From Dickeya solani IPO 2222 (GTDB taxonomy: Bacteria; Pseudomonadota; Gammaproteobacteria; Enterobacterales; Enterobacteriaceae), in NCBI RefSeq assembly GCF_001644705.1, contig NZ_CP015137.1, positions 690,001-722,000 on the forward strand: a DNA stretch of 32,000 nucleotides. Reading direction: 5' to 3'. Every line of letters begins with the position of its first letter. The first letter of the stretch is position 1. Below are positions 8,617 through 17,470 of this stretch, in pieces. The notes beneath the pieces are model-generated. The model searched no databases, was not told where the DNA came from, and saw nothing but the letters and a program-made list of their open reading frames with translations. The position numbers were made by a program, and so were the translations under genes.

Positions 8617-9075
8617 ATGGAGTACACCACCCGCACAATCGAGGTGCACAAGCACATTGCACTGGTTGCGCATGATCACTGTAAAGAATCGCTGCTGGAA
8701 TGGGTTACCGCCAATAAGACCCAACTGGCAGAGCACCATTTGTATGCTACCGGCACCACGGGCAACCTGATTCAGCTGCATACTGGCCTGCCGGTCAGAA
8801 GCATGCTAAGTGGGCCGATGGGCGGTGATCAGCAGGTGGGCGCCCTGATCTCCGAGGAGAAAATCGACATGCTGATTTTTTTCTGGGATCCACTGAATGC
8901 CGTGCCGCATGACCCCGATGTCAAAGCGCTGTTGCGCCTGGCAACGGTGTGGAATATTCCGGTCGCCACCAACCGCTCCACAGCAGACTTCCTGATCAAC
9001 TCCACACTGTTCCGGCAGTCGGTTTCCGTCACGATTCCGGATTATCAGCGTTACCTTCAGGGTCGTCTGAAGTAA
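8617..9075 (+). CDS. mgsA: methylglyoxal synthase
   Basis: ...[11 protein letters not shown]...[11 protein letters not shown]...[54 protein letters not shown] carries the canonical MgsA motifs. Confidence 0.96.
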   Translation: MEYTTRTIEVHKHIALVAHDHCKESLLEWVTANKTQLAEHHLYATGTTGNLIQLHTGLPVRSMLSGPMGGDQQVGALISEEKIDMLIFFWDPLNAVPHDPDVKALLRLATVWNIPVATNRSTADFLINSTLFRQSVSVTIPDYQRYLQGRLK

Positions 9076-9091
9076 CCACTGTATTTCCGCC

Positions 9092-9119
9092 AGAACTGGC
9101 TGGCTACCCGGCCAGTTCT
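9092..9119. terminator. hairpin between convergent mgsA and helD (weak candidate terminator)
   Basis: agaactggc (9092-9100) pairs with gccagttct (9111-9119), with a 10-nt loop. There is no clear U-tract on either strand. Confidence 0.3.
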
Positions 9120-9150
9120 CCCTTCCGAATGTAAACCGATGGCGTTACCG

Positions 9151-11208
9151 CTAGCCTGGCTTGCGCTGCATCGGCACGCCCAGTTGATGCAAATCGTCCA
9201 CAAACACCGAGGGCTCATCACGATCGTACAGCAGCCACACCTGATGTTTCGCCCGGGTCAACGCCACATATAACAACCGGCGCTCTTCTGCATCCAGGAA
9301 AGGCTCCGGCCGAGGCAACAGTACCGCTTCCAGCACCGATTCGCGCGGCGGCGCGGGAAAGCCGTCACGCCCTTCATGCAGCCCCAGTACAATCACATAG
9401 TCTGCCTGCTGCCCCTTGCTGGCGTGAATAGTCATGAAATCAAGCTGCAAATTCGGCCAGCGAGTCTGTGCCTTCTCCAGTACGTCAGGCCGCAAATGGT
9501 GATAACGCGCCAGCACCAGAATGCGCGCTTCCGTTGTCACATACCCGCTCATCTTGTCCAGCAAGGCATCAAGCTGCTCCTGCGGCAGCAACACCACCGA
9601 TTTTTTATTGCCGTCTCGCAGGCTGTCGAGTGCTTTTTTCAGTTGAGCCGGGTTTTGTTGGATGAAGCGGCTGGCGATGTCCCCGATACGGTGATTAAAG
9701 CGGTAAGTGGTATCCAGCACGCACTGCGCGCCTTCGCCAAAGTGCTGTTCAAATGCCGTGGTGAGCGTCAGCTCAGCGCCGCTAAAGCGGTAGATTGCCT
9801 GCCAGTCATCGCCAACCGCAAACAGACTGCTATCGGGAGCCTGCCGTCGCAGCGCCTCCAGCAAGCGGGCGCGCTGGGGTGAAATATCCTGGAATTCGTC
9901 CACCAGAATATGTCGCCACGGACTGACAAATCGTCCTTTGTCCAGGAAGTTGACCGCCTGATGAATCAGGCCGGAAAAGTCCACCGCCCCTTCGTCTTTC
10001 AACGCTTTTTTCCAGGCTTTTAGCAATGGCGCCATTAACCGCAACCGTTGCTGAAACAGCGGGCGCGTTTCGTCATCGGCCAGCGCCAGCATCTCACTCT
10101 GGGTGCCGCCCTGCATCCGCATTAGCCCCAGCCACCGCTCCAGGCGGCCAGCCAGCCGCGACGCAATAGCCGCGTCCTGCCAGAAATTCCCCTCAGGCAG
10201 CGTCCACTCCAGTTCTTCGGTCAGCCACTGTCGCCACCCTTTCGCCTGGGTTTTCTTTTCGTCACATTGCTGCTGCCAGTGCTGGATCAGAAATGCGCGC
10301 CGGTGCGCGCCGTCGGTTTCCAGTTGGCTGATCACCGGCGCCTTGCGGCTGCACTGCTGAATGATGTGCAACGCCAGCGCATGAAAGGTCTTGGCCTGCA
10401 CATCGTCGGTATGCAGCCGCTCACGGATACGGCTGTTCATTTCATCCGCCGCCTGCCGGCCAAACGCCAGCAACAGGATCTGTTGCGCCGACGCCTCGGC
10501 GCGATGCAGCAACCAGGCGGCTCGCGCCACCAATACCGACGTTTTGCCGCTGCCGGCGCCAGCCAGCACCAGCACGGCGTTTTCGCCATTCACCACCGCC
10601 TGACACTGGCTGGGATTCAACGGCGAACTTTCTACCGTATCGAAAAACGCTTTCTGCTCTGCCAGGATCGTTTCCGTCCAGAGCTGATTGGCTTGCTGGC
10701 GCAATACCTCACCCTGCTCCAGCCAGCGCAGACAGCGCTGATAGTTATCCCGGCAATGATCGAACTCATCCAGACGCGCCAGCGGCAACGGCAACGCGGC
10801 GAACCCCGCCCGGATATCCTGCTGCACACGCACCAACGCCTGACGGCTGAACCAGCCATCCGCCGTTTCCTGATTCGCAATCGTGTCCACCAGCTGTTGC
10901 AATACGTCTTTGCAGACATCGCTCATCTCCTGGCTCCAGCTCTGCCAGGACTTGAACAGATGGCGGAAAAACTGCTGGGTCTCCTGCCACTCCGTACCGT
11001 GCAGGCGCACCACCTTGTTTTCCGGCAACTCGAATTCCAGTTCGCCCCAAATCAACCCTTTCTTGCAGCGAATCGCCAGCAACTGATTAAACGGAATGAG
11101 ATATTCATGCCGATCACCGCTAACATTGACGCCGGCATTCAGCAATTGCACACGGTTGTAGGGATGCTGCGCCAGATGCTTACCCAACGCGGTCGATTTC
11201 AGTTCCAT
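9151..11208 (-). CDS. helD: DNA helicase IV (UvrD/Rep superfamily 1)
   Basis: From ATG 11208: MELKSTALGKHLAQHPYNRVQLLNAGVNVSGDRHEYLIPFNQLLAI... Walker A is AGAGSGKTSVLVAR, and ...VDEFQDISPQR and ...YVALTRAKHQVWLL are also present. It is collinear with E. coli HelD. The ORF-track start at 11241 adds 11 residues. Confidence 0.95.
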   Translation of the reverse strand: MELKSTALGKHLAQHPYNRVQLLNAGVNVSGDRHEYLIPFNQLLAIRCKKGLIWGELEFELPENKVVRLHGTEWQETQQFFRHLFKSWQSWSQEMSDVCKDVLQQLVDTIANQETADGWFSRQALVRVQQDIRAGFAALPLPLARLDEFDHCRDNYQRCLRWLEQGEVLRQQANQLWTETILAEQKAFFDTVESSPLNPSQCQAVVNGENAVLVLAGAGSGKTSVLVARAAWLLHRAEASAQQILLLAFGRQAADEMNSRIRERLHTDDVQAKTFHALALHIIQQCSRKAPVISQLETDGAHRRAFLIQHWQQQCDEKKTQAKGWRQWLTEELEWTLPEGNFWQDAAIASRLAGRLERWLGLMRMQGGTQSEMLALADDETRPLFQQRLRLMAPLLKAWKKALKDEGAVDFSGLIHQAVNFLDKGRFVSPWRHILVDEFQDISPQRARLLEALRRQAPDSSLFAVGDDWQAIYRFSGAELTLTTAFEQHFGEGAQCVLDTTYRFNHRIGDIASRFIQQNPAQLKKALDSLRDGNKKSVVLLPQEQLDALLDKMSGYVTTEARILVLARYHHLRPDVLEKAQTRWPNLQLDFMTIHASKGQQADYVIVLGLHEGRDGFPAPPRESVLEAVLLPRPEPFLDAEERRLLYVALTRAKHQVWLLYDRDEPSVFVDDLHQLGVPMQRKPG

Positions 11209-11361
11209 GAGCCCTGCGCCATTTTCAAAAGAAATGTTCAAAGTTGTAGTTTAACCGCTATCCGGCGTTGCGCTCTAGCCAGAAAAACACGTTAGAATAA
11301 CCCGGCTAATAATGTGATAATTCGTTTCCCGTCATAGAGTTTGACCGAGGGTAGTCATATC

Positions 11362-11808
11362 ATGCGAGCCGTACTCAATATCCTGAATTTCGTGCTGGGC
11401 GGTTTTTTCACCACGCTCGCCTGGTTGCTGGCCACCGCCGTCAGTATTGTGCTGGTTTTTACCCTGCCGCTAACGCGATCATGCTGGGAAATCACCAAAC
11501 TTTCACTGCTGCCATACGGCAACGAAGCCATCCATGTCGATGAACTGCGTCCGGAGCAGAAAAGTTCGCTGCTCAATGCCAGCGGCACGTTGCTGAATGT
11601 CTTCTGGCTGATTTTTTTCGGCTGGTGGCTATGTCTGTCGCACATTGTCAGTGGAATCGCCCAGTGCCTGACGATCATCGGCATTCCGGTCGGGATCGCC
11701 AACTTCAAAATTGCCGCCATTGCTCTCTGGCCGGTGGGGCGTCGCGTGGTGTCGGTGGAAGAGGCGCAAGCCGCCAGAGAAGCCAACGCCCGCCGGCGTT
11801 ATCAGTAA
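11362..11808 (+). CDS. yccF: inner-membrane protein YccF
   Basis: MRAVLNILNFVLGGFFTTLAWLLA...GIPVGIANFKIAAIALWPVGRRVV is the YccF family. I prefer ATG 11362 over the ORF-track start at 11341. Confidence 0.9.
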   Translation: MRAVLNILNFVLGGFFTTLAWLLATAVSIVLVFTLPLTRSCWEITKLSLLPYGNEAIHVDELRPEQKSSLLNASGTLLNVFWLIFFGWWLCLSHIVSGIAQCLTIIGIPVGIANFKIAAIALWPVGRRVVSVEEAQAAREANARRRYQ

Positions 11809-11826
11809 CCGAAACGGACCATCATC

Positions 11827-14022
11827 GTGCAACTGAGCGTTTCGACCAGCCTGCGGCGAGTCATCTACAACAGCAGTTGGCTGTATAACCTGCGGATCCT
11901 GATCGCGCTCAGCGGCGTGGCGTTCCTGCCCTGGTGGCTGGGTGTTCCCACCAGCACCATCCCCCTGACGCTGGGCGTGGTGGCCGCCGCCCTGACCGAC
12001 CTCGATGACCGGTTGTCCGGCCGTTTATTCAACCTGCTGATTACGCTCGCCTGTTTTCTGGTCGCGTCGGTATCGATTGAACTGCTCTACCCGCACCCCT
12101 GGTTATTTGTCGTCGGTCTGGCGATCTCGACCTGGAGCTTTATTCTGCTGGGCTCGCTGGGGCAACGCTACGCCACTATCGCTTTCGGCGCGCTGCTGAT
12201 CGCCATCTACACCATGCTGGGCATTTCGCTTTACAGCGACTGGTATCAGCAACCGTTTCTGCTGTTGCTGGGCGCGCTGTGGTATAACCTGCTGACCCTG
12301 CTCGGCCATCTGCTGTTCCCTATCCGGCCGCTGCAGGACAATCTGGCCCGCTGCTATCAGCAACTGGCCCACTATCTGGAAACCAAATCCAACCTGTTCG
12401 ACCCCGATATCGACGACAACGATCAGCCGTTGATCGACGTGGCGATGGCCAACGGTCAGTTGGTCGATACGCTCAACCAGGCCAAGGCGTCGCTGCTGAC
12501 ACGGCTGCGCGGCGATCGCGGCCAGCGCGGCACCCGGCGCACGTTGCACTATTATTTTGTCGCGCAGGATATCCACGAACGCGCCAGCTCGGCGCATATC
12601 CAGTATGAGCAGTTGCGCCATACGCTGCGCTACAGTGATGTGCCTTTTCGGTTCCAGCGCTTGCTGTTCATGTTGTCCCGCGCCTGCCAACAGGTCTCGC
12701 AGTCCATTTTGTTACAGCAAAAATACCTGCATGACTACCGTATCGAGCGCGCCTTCTCTCATCTGGACGCCGCTATCGACAGGCTGGCTGCACAGGGAGC
12801 GGAAACTTTATCCATCAAGGCATTACGCCATCTGCTCAATAATTTGCGCGCGATTGACGCCCAGTTAATCAATATCCAGTCCGAGCAGACGCTCGAACGC
12901 CACAATCATCATCTCCCGGCAGAAAACCGGTTATCGGACGATAAAATCGCCGGCTGGAGCGATATCAAGCTGCGTCTCAACCGTCATCTTACGCCGCGGT
13001 CGTCGCTGTTCCGTCACGCGGTGCGCATGTCGCTGGTGCTGTGCATCGGGTACGCCATTATCCAGTTGGCCGGTTTGCAACACGGCTACTGGATTCTGCT
13101 GACCAGCCTGTTTGTCTGCCAGCCGAACTACAACGCCACTCGCCGACGTTTGGCGCTGCGTATTGTCGGCACGCTGGGCGGCGTGCTTATCGGCGTACCG
13201 TTGCTGTATATCGTTCCGTCGCTGGAAGGACAACTGGCGCTGATTGTCATCAGCGGCGTACTGTTTTTCGCGTTCCGCACCGTGCAATACGCGCAGGCTA
13301 CGCTGTTTATCACCCTGTTGGTGTTGATGTGTTTTAATCTGCTGGGCGAAGGACTGGAGGTTGCCATTCCCAGAGTGGTCGATACCTTACTGGGCTGTGG
13401 CATCGCCTGGGCGGCGGTCAGCTTTATCTGGCCGGACTGGAAATTTCGCGGTTTGCCTGCGGTCATCAACAAGGCCATGAACAATAATTGCCGTTATCTT
13501 GACGCCATCATGGTTCAGTATCATCAGGGCAAAGACAACGGACTTCCTTATCGGATTGCCCGCCGAGACGCCCACAACAGCGATGCGGAGCTGGCTTCGG
13601 TGGTGTCCAACATGTCCGCCGAACCGCATGCCCGACCGAACACGCTGGAAAACGCCTTCCGGTTGATGTGCCTCAATCACACCCTGCTGGGGTATATCTC
13701 CACCCTGGGCGCGCACCGGGAACAGATCCGTTCGGCCGAAACGCTGCAATTACTGAATGATGCCGTCTGTTACGTCGACGACGCCCTGCATCAGGACAAT
13801 GGCGACCAGGCCGCGCTGGACAGAGAACTGGACGTGCTGAAAAACCGCATCCATGCCCAGTCACCAGAGCAGGACAGTAAAGAACAATTGGTATTACAAC
13901 AGGTTAATCTAATCATTGGCCTGCTGCCGGAACTAACTCAGCTAAAAAACCAGATGATTGCCGAAGAGAATCGACCACAGAAGCCGATGCATCGGAATCG
14001 ACAACAGACCTCGATGCGCTAA
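11827..14022 (+). CDS. yccS: FUSC-family inner-membrane protein YccS
   Basis: GTG start. ...LTLGVVAAALTDLDDRLSGRL...RGDRGQRGTRRTLHYYFVAQDIHERASS...YWILLTSLFVCQPNYNATRRRL... is collinear with E. coli YccS. Confidence 0.93.
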   Translation: MQLSVSTSLRRVIYNSSWLYNLRILIALSGVAFLPWWLGVPTSTIPLTLGVVAAALTDLDDRLSGRLFNLLITLACFLVASVSIELLYPHPWLFVVGLAISTWSFILLGSLGQRYATIAFGALLIAIYTMLGISLYSDWYQQPFLLLLGALWYNLLTLLGHLLFPIRPLQDNLARCYQQLAHYLETKSNLFDPDIDDNDQPLIDVAMANGQLVDTLNQAKASLLTRLRGDRGQRGTRRTLHYYFVAQDIHERASSAHIQYEQLRHTLRYSDVPFRFQRLLFMLSRACQQVSQSILLQQKYLHDYRIERAFSHLDAAIDRLAAQGAETLSIKALRHLLNNLRAIDAQLINIQSEQTLERHNHHLPAENRLSDDKIAGWSDIKLRLNRHLTPRSSLFRHAVRMSLVLCIGYAIIQLAGLQHGYWILLTSLFVCQPNYNATRRRLALRIVGTLGGVLIGVPLLYIVPSLEGQLALIVISGVLFFAFRTVQYAQATLFITLLVLMCFNLLGEGLEVAIPRVVDTLLGCGIAWAAVSFIWPDWKFRGLPAVINKAMNNNCRYLDAIMVQYHQGKDNGLPYRIARRDAHNSDAELASVVSNMSAEPHARPNTLENAFRLMCLNHTLLGYISTLGAHREQIRSAETLQLLNDAVCYVDDALHQDNGDQAALDRELDVLKNRIHAQSPEQDSKEQLVLQQVNLIIGLLPELTQLKNQMIAEENRPQKPMHRNRQQTSMR

Positions 14023-14648
14023 TTGAGCTGGGGAGGCCTGAAAGCCCGCGGACTCGTGTTCTCGAACCATTCAATCAGCTCGCTGCGCATGCCTTGGGGC
14101 AGCGCGGCCTGATGGACGCCACAGATGGCGCCGGCCAGCGCCAGCAGCACATTAACGCTCAGATTCTGGCTGACGGAACGCAGTTTAAGGTAACTGGTTT
14201 TTGCCCCGAGCCGATGCAATTCATCAATATTTCTGATTCCTACTTTCCAGAGTAGCCGCTCCAGGTCGTGATTGATGTTCGGCAGGTCCTTCAGCCTGAT
14301 GCAGCGTTTTTTGGCGGCTTTATCCTGCCGGGCGCCCTGAAGGGATTGCGATGCCAGTTCCAGCAGCCCCGGCGCATCCCGCCAGAGCACCTCGCCCACC
14401 AGATAGTAATTGAGCGGCACCGGCAGGCCGCGCTTGGTATAAATCAGTTTGGGCGTCTGCTGGTCAAGGAAAAAGTCCTCGTTATGCTGCGCCGCACGCA
14501 AATAGAGTTCTCCGCTGGAGACTAGCGCAAAAATCACACCGTCCACGGCAATGCTGTAACCGCCGAACTGAGATCGGGAGAGAATATTCCCCAGCGGAGC
14601 AAACATGATTTTTGCCTGCAAAATCCTTTTTTCACATAGCCCTTTCAT
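14019..14648 (-). CDS. sxy: competence regulator Sxy/TfoX
   Basis: MKGLCEKRI...SRSQFGGYSIAVDGVIFALVSSGELYLRA...RLKDLPNI...LGAKTSYLKLR... has TfoX N- and C-domains. Its position between yccS and sulA matches E. coli. Confidence 0.9.
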   Translation of the reverse strand: MKGLCEKRILQAKIMFAPLGNILSRSQFGGYSIAVDGVIFALVSSGELYLRAAQHNEDFFLDQQTPKLIYTKRGLPVPLNYYLVGEVLWRDAPGLLELASQSLQGARQDKAAKKRCIRLKDLPNINHDLERLLWKVGIRNIDELHRLGAKTSYLKLRSVSQNLSVNVLLALAGAICGVHQAALPQGMRSELIEWFENTSPRAFRPPQLN

Positions 14649-14826
14649 TACTTTTTCCTTGTATTGAACGTTTTTTCCTGTTTACCAGAGACATCCGTAA
14701 CTGGAACAATTAATTAAACACAGCAAAACTGCGTCTTCAAATACAAAAAATGTTATGCAGGCAACGGCATAACGATTATGCGAAGCGCTTTCAGAAATTA
14801 CGGTTGATCTTTGTTCACACAAAAGA

Positions 14827-14846
14827 TACTGTACACCCATACAGTA
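14827..14846. promoter_or_regulatory. LexA (SOS) box of sulA
   Basis: TACTGTACACCCATACAGTA fits TACTG-(N10)-CAGTA, and I recall it as one base different from the E. coli sulA operator. It lies 21 nt upstream of the sulA ATG. Confidence 0.92.
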
Positions 14847-14867
14847 ATGCTGTGAGGTAAAGAAATC

Positions 14868-15362
14868 ATGCGTACTCAAACCATCCGTTCCCGCCATGTC
14901 TGCCACTCGTCACACCTGGGCCATAACGCGATGCCGAAAACCGCCTCCAGCGGGTTCATCAGCGAAATCGTCTATGGTGATGATCATCCCATGCTGACAC
15001 CGCTGTTGCTTCCCTTGTTACAGCAACTGGGATCGCAGTCGCGCTGGTTGCTTTGGCTTTCCCCGCAGCAGAAACTCAGCCGCCTGTGGCTGCAGCAGGC
15101 AGGGTTGCCACTGGAGAAAATGATTGAACTGCACCGTATCAATCCGGTATCCACGGTCGATGCAATGGAGAAGGCATTACTGACGGGTAATTACAGCGCC
15201 GTATTGTGCTGGTTGCCAAATGAGCTGGATAATGAACAAAAAATGCGGTTGCAAAGAGCGGCACAGCATGGAAATACCTATGGATTTATTATGCGTCCAG
15301 AGGAAAAAACAATCACAAGACCATTTTCCACACTAAAAATTCACTCAAGATTGTATCATTAA
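14868..15362 (+). CDS. sulA: SOS cell-division inhibitor SulA
   Basis: ...GFISEIVYGDDHPMLTPLLLPLLQQLGSQSRWLLWLSPQQKLSRLWLQQAGLPLEKM...GFIMRP...LKIHSRLYH is collinear with E. coli SulA. SD is gaggt. Confidence 0.95.
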   Translation: MRTQTIRSRHVCHSSHLGHNAMPKTASSGFISEIVYGDDHPMLTPLLLPLLQQLGSQSRWLLWLSPQQKLSRLWLQQAGLPLEKMIELHRINPVSTVDAMEKALLTGNYSAVLCWLPNELDNEQKMRLQRAAQHGNTYGFIMRPEEKTITRPFSTLKIHSRLYH

Positions 15363-15550
15363 ATGAATATTAGGACTTTTCTTACAGGGATGTAGCAGGC
15401 TACCCGTAGCCCCCGGAAATACAGTGCCCGCTATGTTATTGCGAAGTGTTAATATCAAGAGACATCTGGTTAATCTGACAAAATCGTCCATTATTTGTTA
15501 GTAATTATGTATGAACGACTGATTTTTTCATGGTCTCTGTCACATCATAC

Positions 15551-15725
15551 TTGTAACTTTCTCACCACGTTGTAGACTTTAGCTCGCTGGAGTTGCCCTT
15601 TCATAACGTCAGTTCACTGGCAGCAAGTAATTAGACCAAGGGCAATATCTCCGAGAAAGGATTTTAACCAAAGGCTGATTAGCTTTCAGAGTTAATCGCC
15701 GATTTGGATGATAATGAGGCGTAAA
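15551..15725 (+). promoter_or_regulatory. ompA promoter (-35 TTGTAA 15551-15556, -10 TAGACT 15573-15578) and ~140-nt 5' UTR
   Basis: cacgttgtagacttta is identical to my recollection of the E. coli ompA promoter, which predicts a TSS near 15586. The UTR segments gaaaggattttaacc and tttggatgataatgaggcg...ATG match the conserved ompA leader, including the region known to pair with MicA in E. coli. Confidence 0.7.
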
Positions 15726-16790
15726 ATGAAAAAAACAGCTATCGCGATTGCAGTGGCACTGGCTGGCTTTGCTACCGTAGCACAAGCCGCACCGAACGAT
15801 AACACCTGGTACGCAGGTGGTAAACTGGGTTGGTCCCAGTACCACGATACCGGCCTGACCGGCAATGGTTACAATGTGACCAACGCTGCGCAGAACCAAC
15901 TGGGTGCCGGCGCATTCGGTGGTTATCAGGCTAACCCGTACCTGGGTTTTGAAATGGGCTACGACTGGCTGGGCCGTATGAAGTATAACGGCGGCAACCA
16001 GGGCAGCTTCAAAGCTCAGGGCGTTCAGCTGGCAGCTAAACTGAGCTATCCGATCGTTGACGATCTGGACATCTACACCCGCTTGGGTGGTTTTGTATGG
16101 CGTGCAGACAGCCACGACAACTCTGGCCTGAACGACCACGACACCGGCGTTTCTCCGCTGGCAGCTGTTGGTGTTGAATACGCTATCACCAAAAACTGGG
16201 CAACCCGTCTGGACTACCAGTGGGTGAACAACATCGGCGACGCGTCCACCGTTGGTGGTCGTCCGGACAACGGCCTGCTGAGCGTTGGCGTTTCTTACCG
16301 TTTCGGTCAGGAAACTGCTGCTCCGGCTCCGGTTATTGCTGCTGCTCCGGCCCCGACTCCGGCCCCGGCTCCGGTTGTTCAGACCAAACGCTTCACTCTG
16401 AAGTCTGACGTACTGTTCAACTTCAACAAAGCGACCCTGAAACCGGAAGGTCAGCGTTCTCTGGACCAGTTGTACACTCAGCTGAGCACTCTGGATCCGA
16501 AAGACGGTTCCGTAGTGGTTCTGGGCTTCACCGACCGTCTGGGTTCCGACCAGTACAACCAGACTCTGTCCACCAAACGTGCACAGACTGTTGTTGACTA
16601 CCTGGTTCACAAAGGTATCCCGGCTAACAAGATCTCTGCTCGCGGTATGGGTAAAGCCAACCCGGTTAGCGGTTCTACCTGCACTAGCGTGAAAGCTCGC
16701 GCTGCGCTGATCGATTGCCTGGCACCGGATCGTCGCGTAGAGATCGAAGTGAAAGGCATCAAAGACGTGGTTACTCAGCCTCAGGCTTAA
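15726..16790 (+). CDS. ompA: outer membrane protein A
   Basis: [21 protein letters not shown] signal peptide, a beta-barrel domain, an Ala/Pro hinge, and a C-terminal OmpA domain (...[12 protein letters not shown]...[28 protein letters not shown]...[14 protein letters not shown]). The ORF-track start at 15708 is an extension. Confidence 0.98.
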   Translation: MKKTAIAIAVALAGFATVAQAAPNDNTWYAGGKLGWSQYHDTGLTGNGYNVTNAAQNQLGAGAFGGYQANPYLGFEMGYDWLGRMKYNGGNQGSFKAQGVQLAAKLSYPIVDDLDIYTRLGGFVWRADSHDNSGLNDHDTGVSPLAAVGVEYAITKNWATRLDYQWVNNIGDASTVGGRPDNGLLSVGVSYRFGQETAAPAPVIAAAPAPTPAPAPVVQTKRFTLKSDVLFNFNKATLKPEGQRSLDQLYTQLSTLDPKDGSVVVLGFTDRLGSDQYNQTLSTKRAQTVVDYLVHKGIPANKISARGMGKANPVSGSTCTSVKARAALIDCLAPDRRVEIEVKGIKDVVTQPQA

Positions 16791-16854
16791 TCGCCGCTGA
16801 GATTGCGTTTACAGGAGGTGCGGTAATCTCATAAGGTTGCTGTTACTTCCACAG

Positions 16855-16890
16855 AAAAACAGTCTCTGTTTTTGCAGAGGCTGTTTTTTT
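16855..16890 (+). terminator. ompA rho-independent terminator, apparently bidirectional
   Basis: acagtctctg (16859-16868) pairs with cagaggctgt (16875-16884) as a 10-bp stem with one G-U pair. It is followed by T7 (16884-16890). An A5 run (16855-16859) precedes it, giving a U-tract on the opposite strand too. Confidence 0.88.
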
Positions 16891-17272
16891 ATTGGGCAAA
16901 TAAATATCCCGCCCAACAATAGCCTCATCCTACCTGGCAATTTCTCTTTTCCTTCATAGCATAAATCGATGACACGACAGAAAGCGCGGTTATGGAAACA
17001 TCAGACCGGCAGCTGGCGTTCACGAGAATATGCCTCTGCGTCCGTCTCCCGCCGGAAAATGCCAGATATGTCAGTCTTAATAACGAATGGTACGGACGAT
17101 ACTTTCCTACCGAAAAATAAATTAGTCTCATAAAACTATCAGACAGCGTCATTAATTATCTATTTTAAAAGTACCTCTTTAAAATAATGATAGGCTAGTA
17201 ATTAAAAAGGAAATAATGGAGAAAACACGATAGATAAAAATCACACTATTATTCAACCCTATTTTTAGTGAA

Positions 17273-17470
17273 TATACCCTTCATACTTCAAGTTGCAGGT
17301 GTGTTGGCTGCGCTCGTTCACCCGAATCACTTACCTGTGTAAGCTCATCGGGATGAAATGAGAGACATCCTGTCTCTCACCGGAGGCCAGCCGTTGGCTG
17401 GTCAAATTCGTTCCCAACGAATTTGTCACTCACTTGCCGCCTTCCTGCAACTCGAATTATTTGGGGTATA
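17273..17470. repeat. ERIC/IRU repeat element, long variant (~198 bp) with a ~70-bp internal insertion
   Basis: The ends tatacccttcatacttcaagttgcagg... and ...cctgcaactcgaattatttggggtata are inverted copies. The core ...cacccgaatcacttacctgtgtaagctcatcgggatgaa... corresponds to the ERIC core CACCCCAGTCACTTACTTATGTAAGCTCCTGGGGATTCAC as I recall it. Extra sequence at ~17357-17425 interrupts the right half. Confidence 0.8.

Noticed and set aside
15609-16610. A 333-aa minus-strand ORF opposite ompA. Similar long antisense ORFs occur opposite nupC (19625-20734), helD (10267-11295), mdtC (25226-26032) and ppx (617-1366).
   Set aside because: All are mirror frames of strongly supported genes. They have no SD, no recognisable domains and a biased composition, so I treat them as artefacts.
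17216-17233. A mini-ORF ATG GAG AAA ACA CGA TAG (MEKTR) with an aagga SD-like sequence in the AT-rich spacer.
   Set aside because: A 5-codon ORF in AT-rich DNA is expected by chance. There is no downstream gene for it to regulate as a leader peptide.
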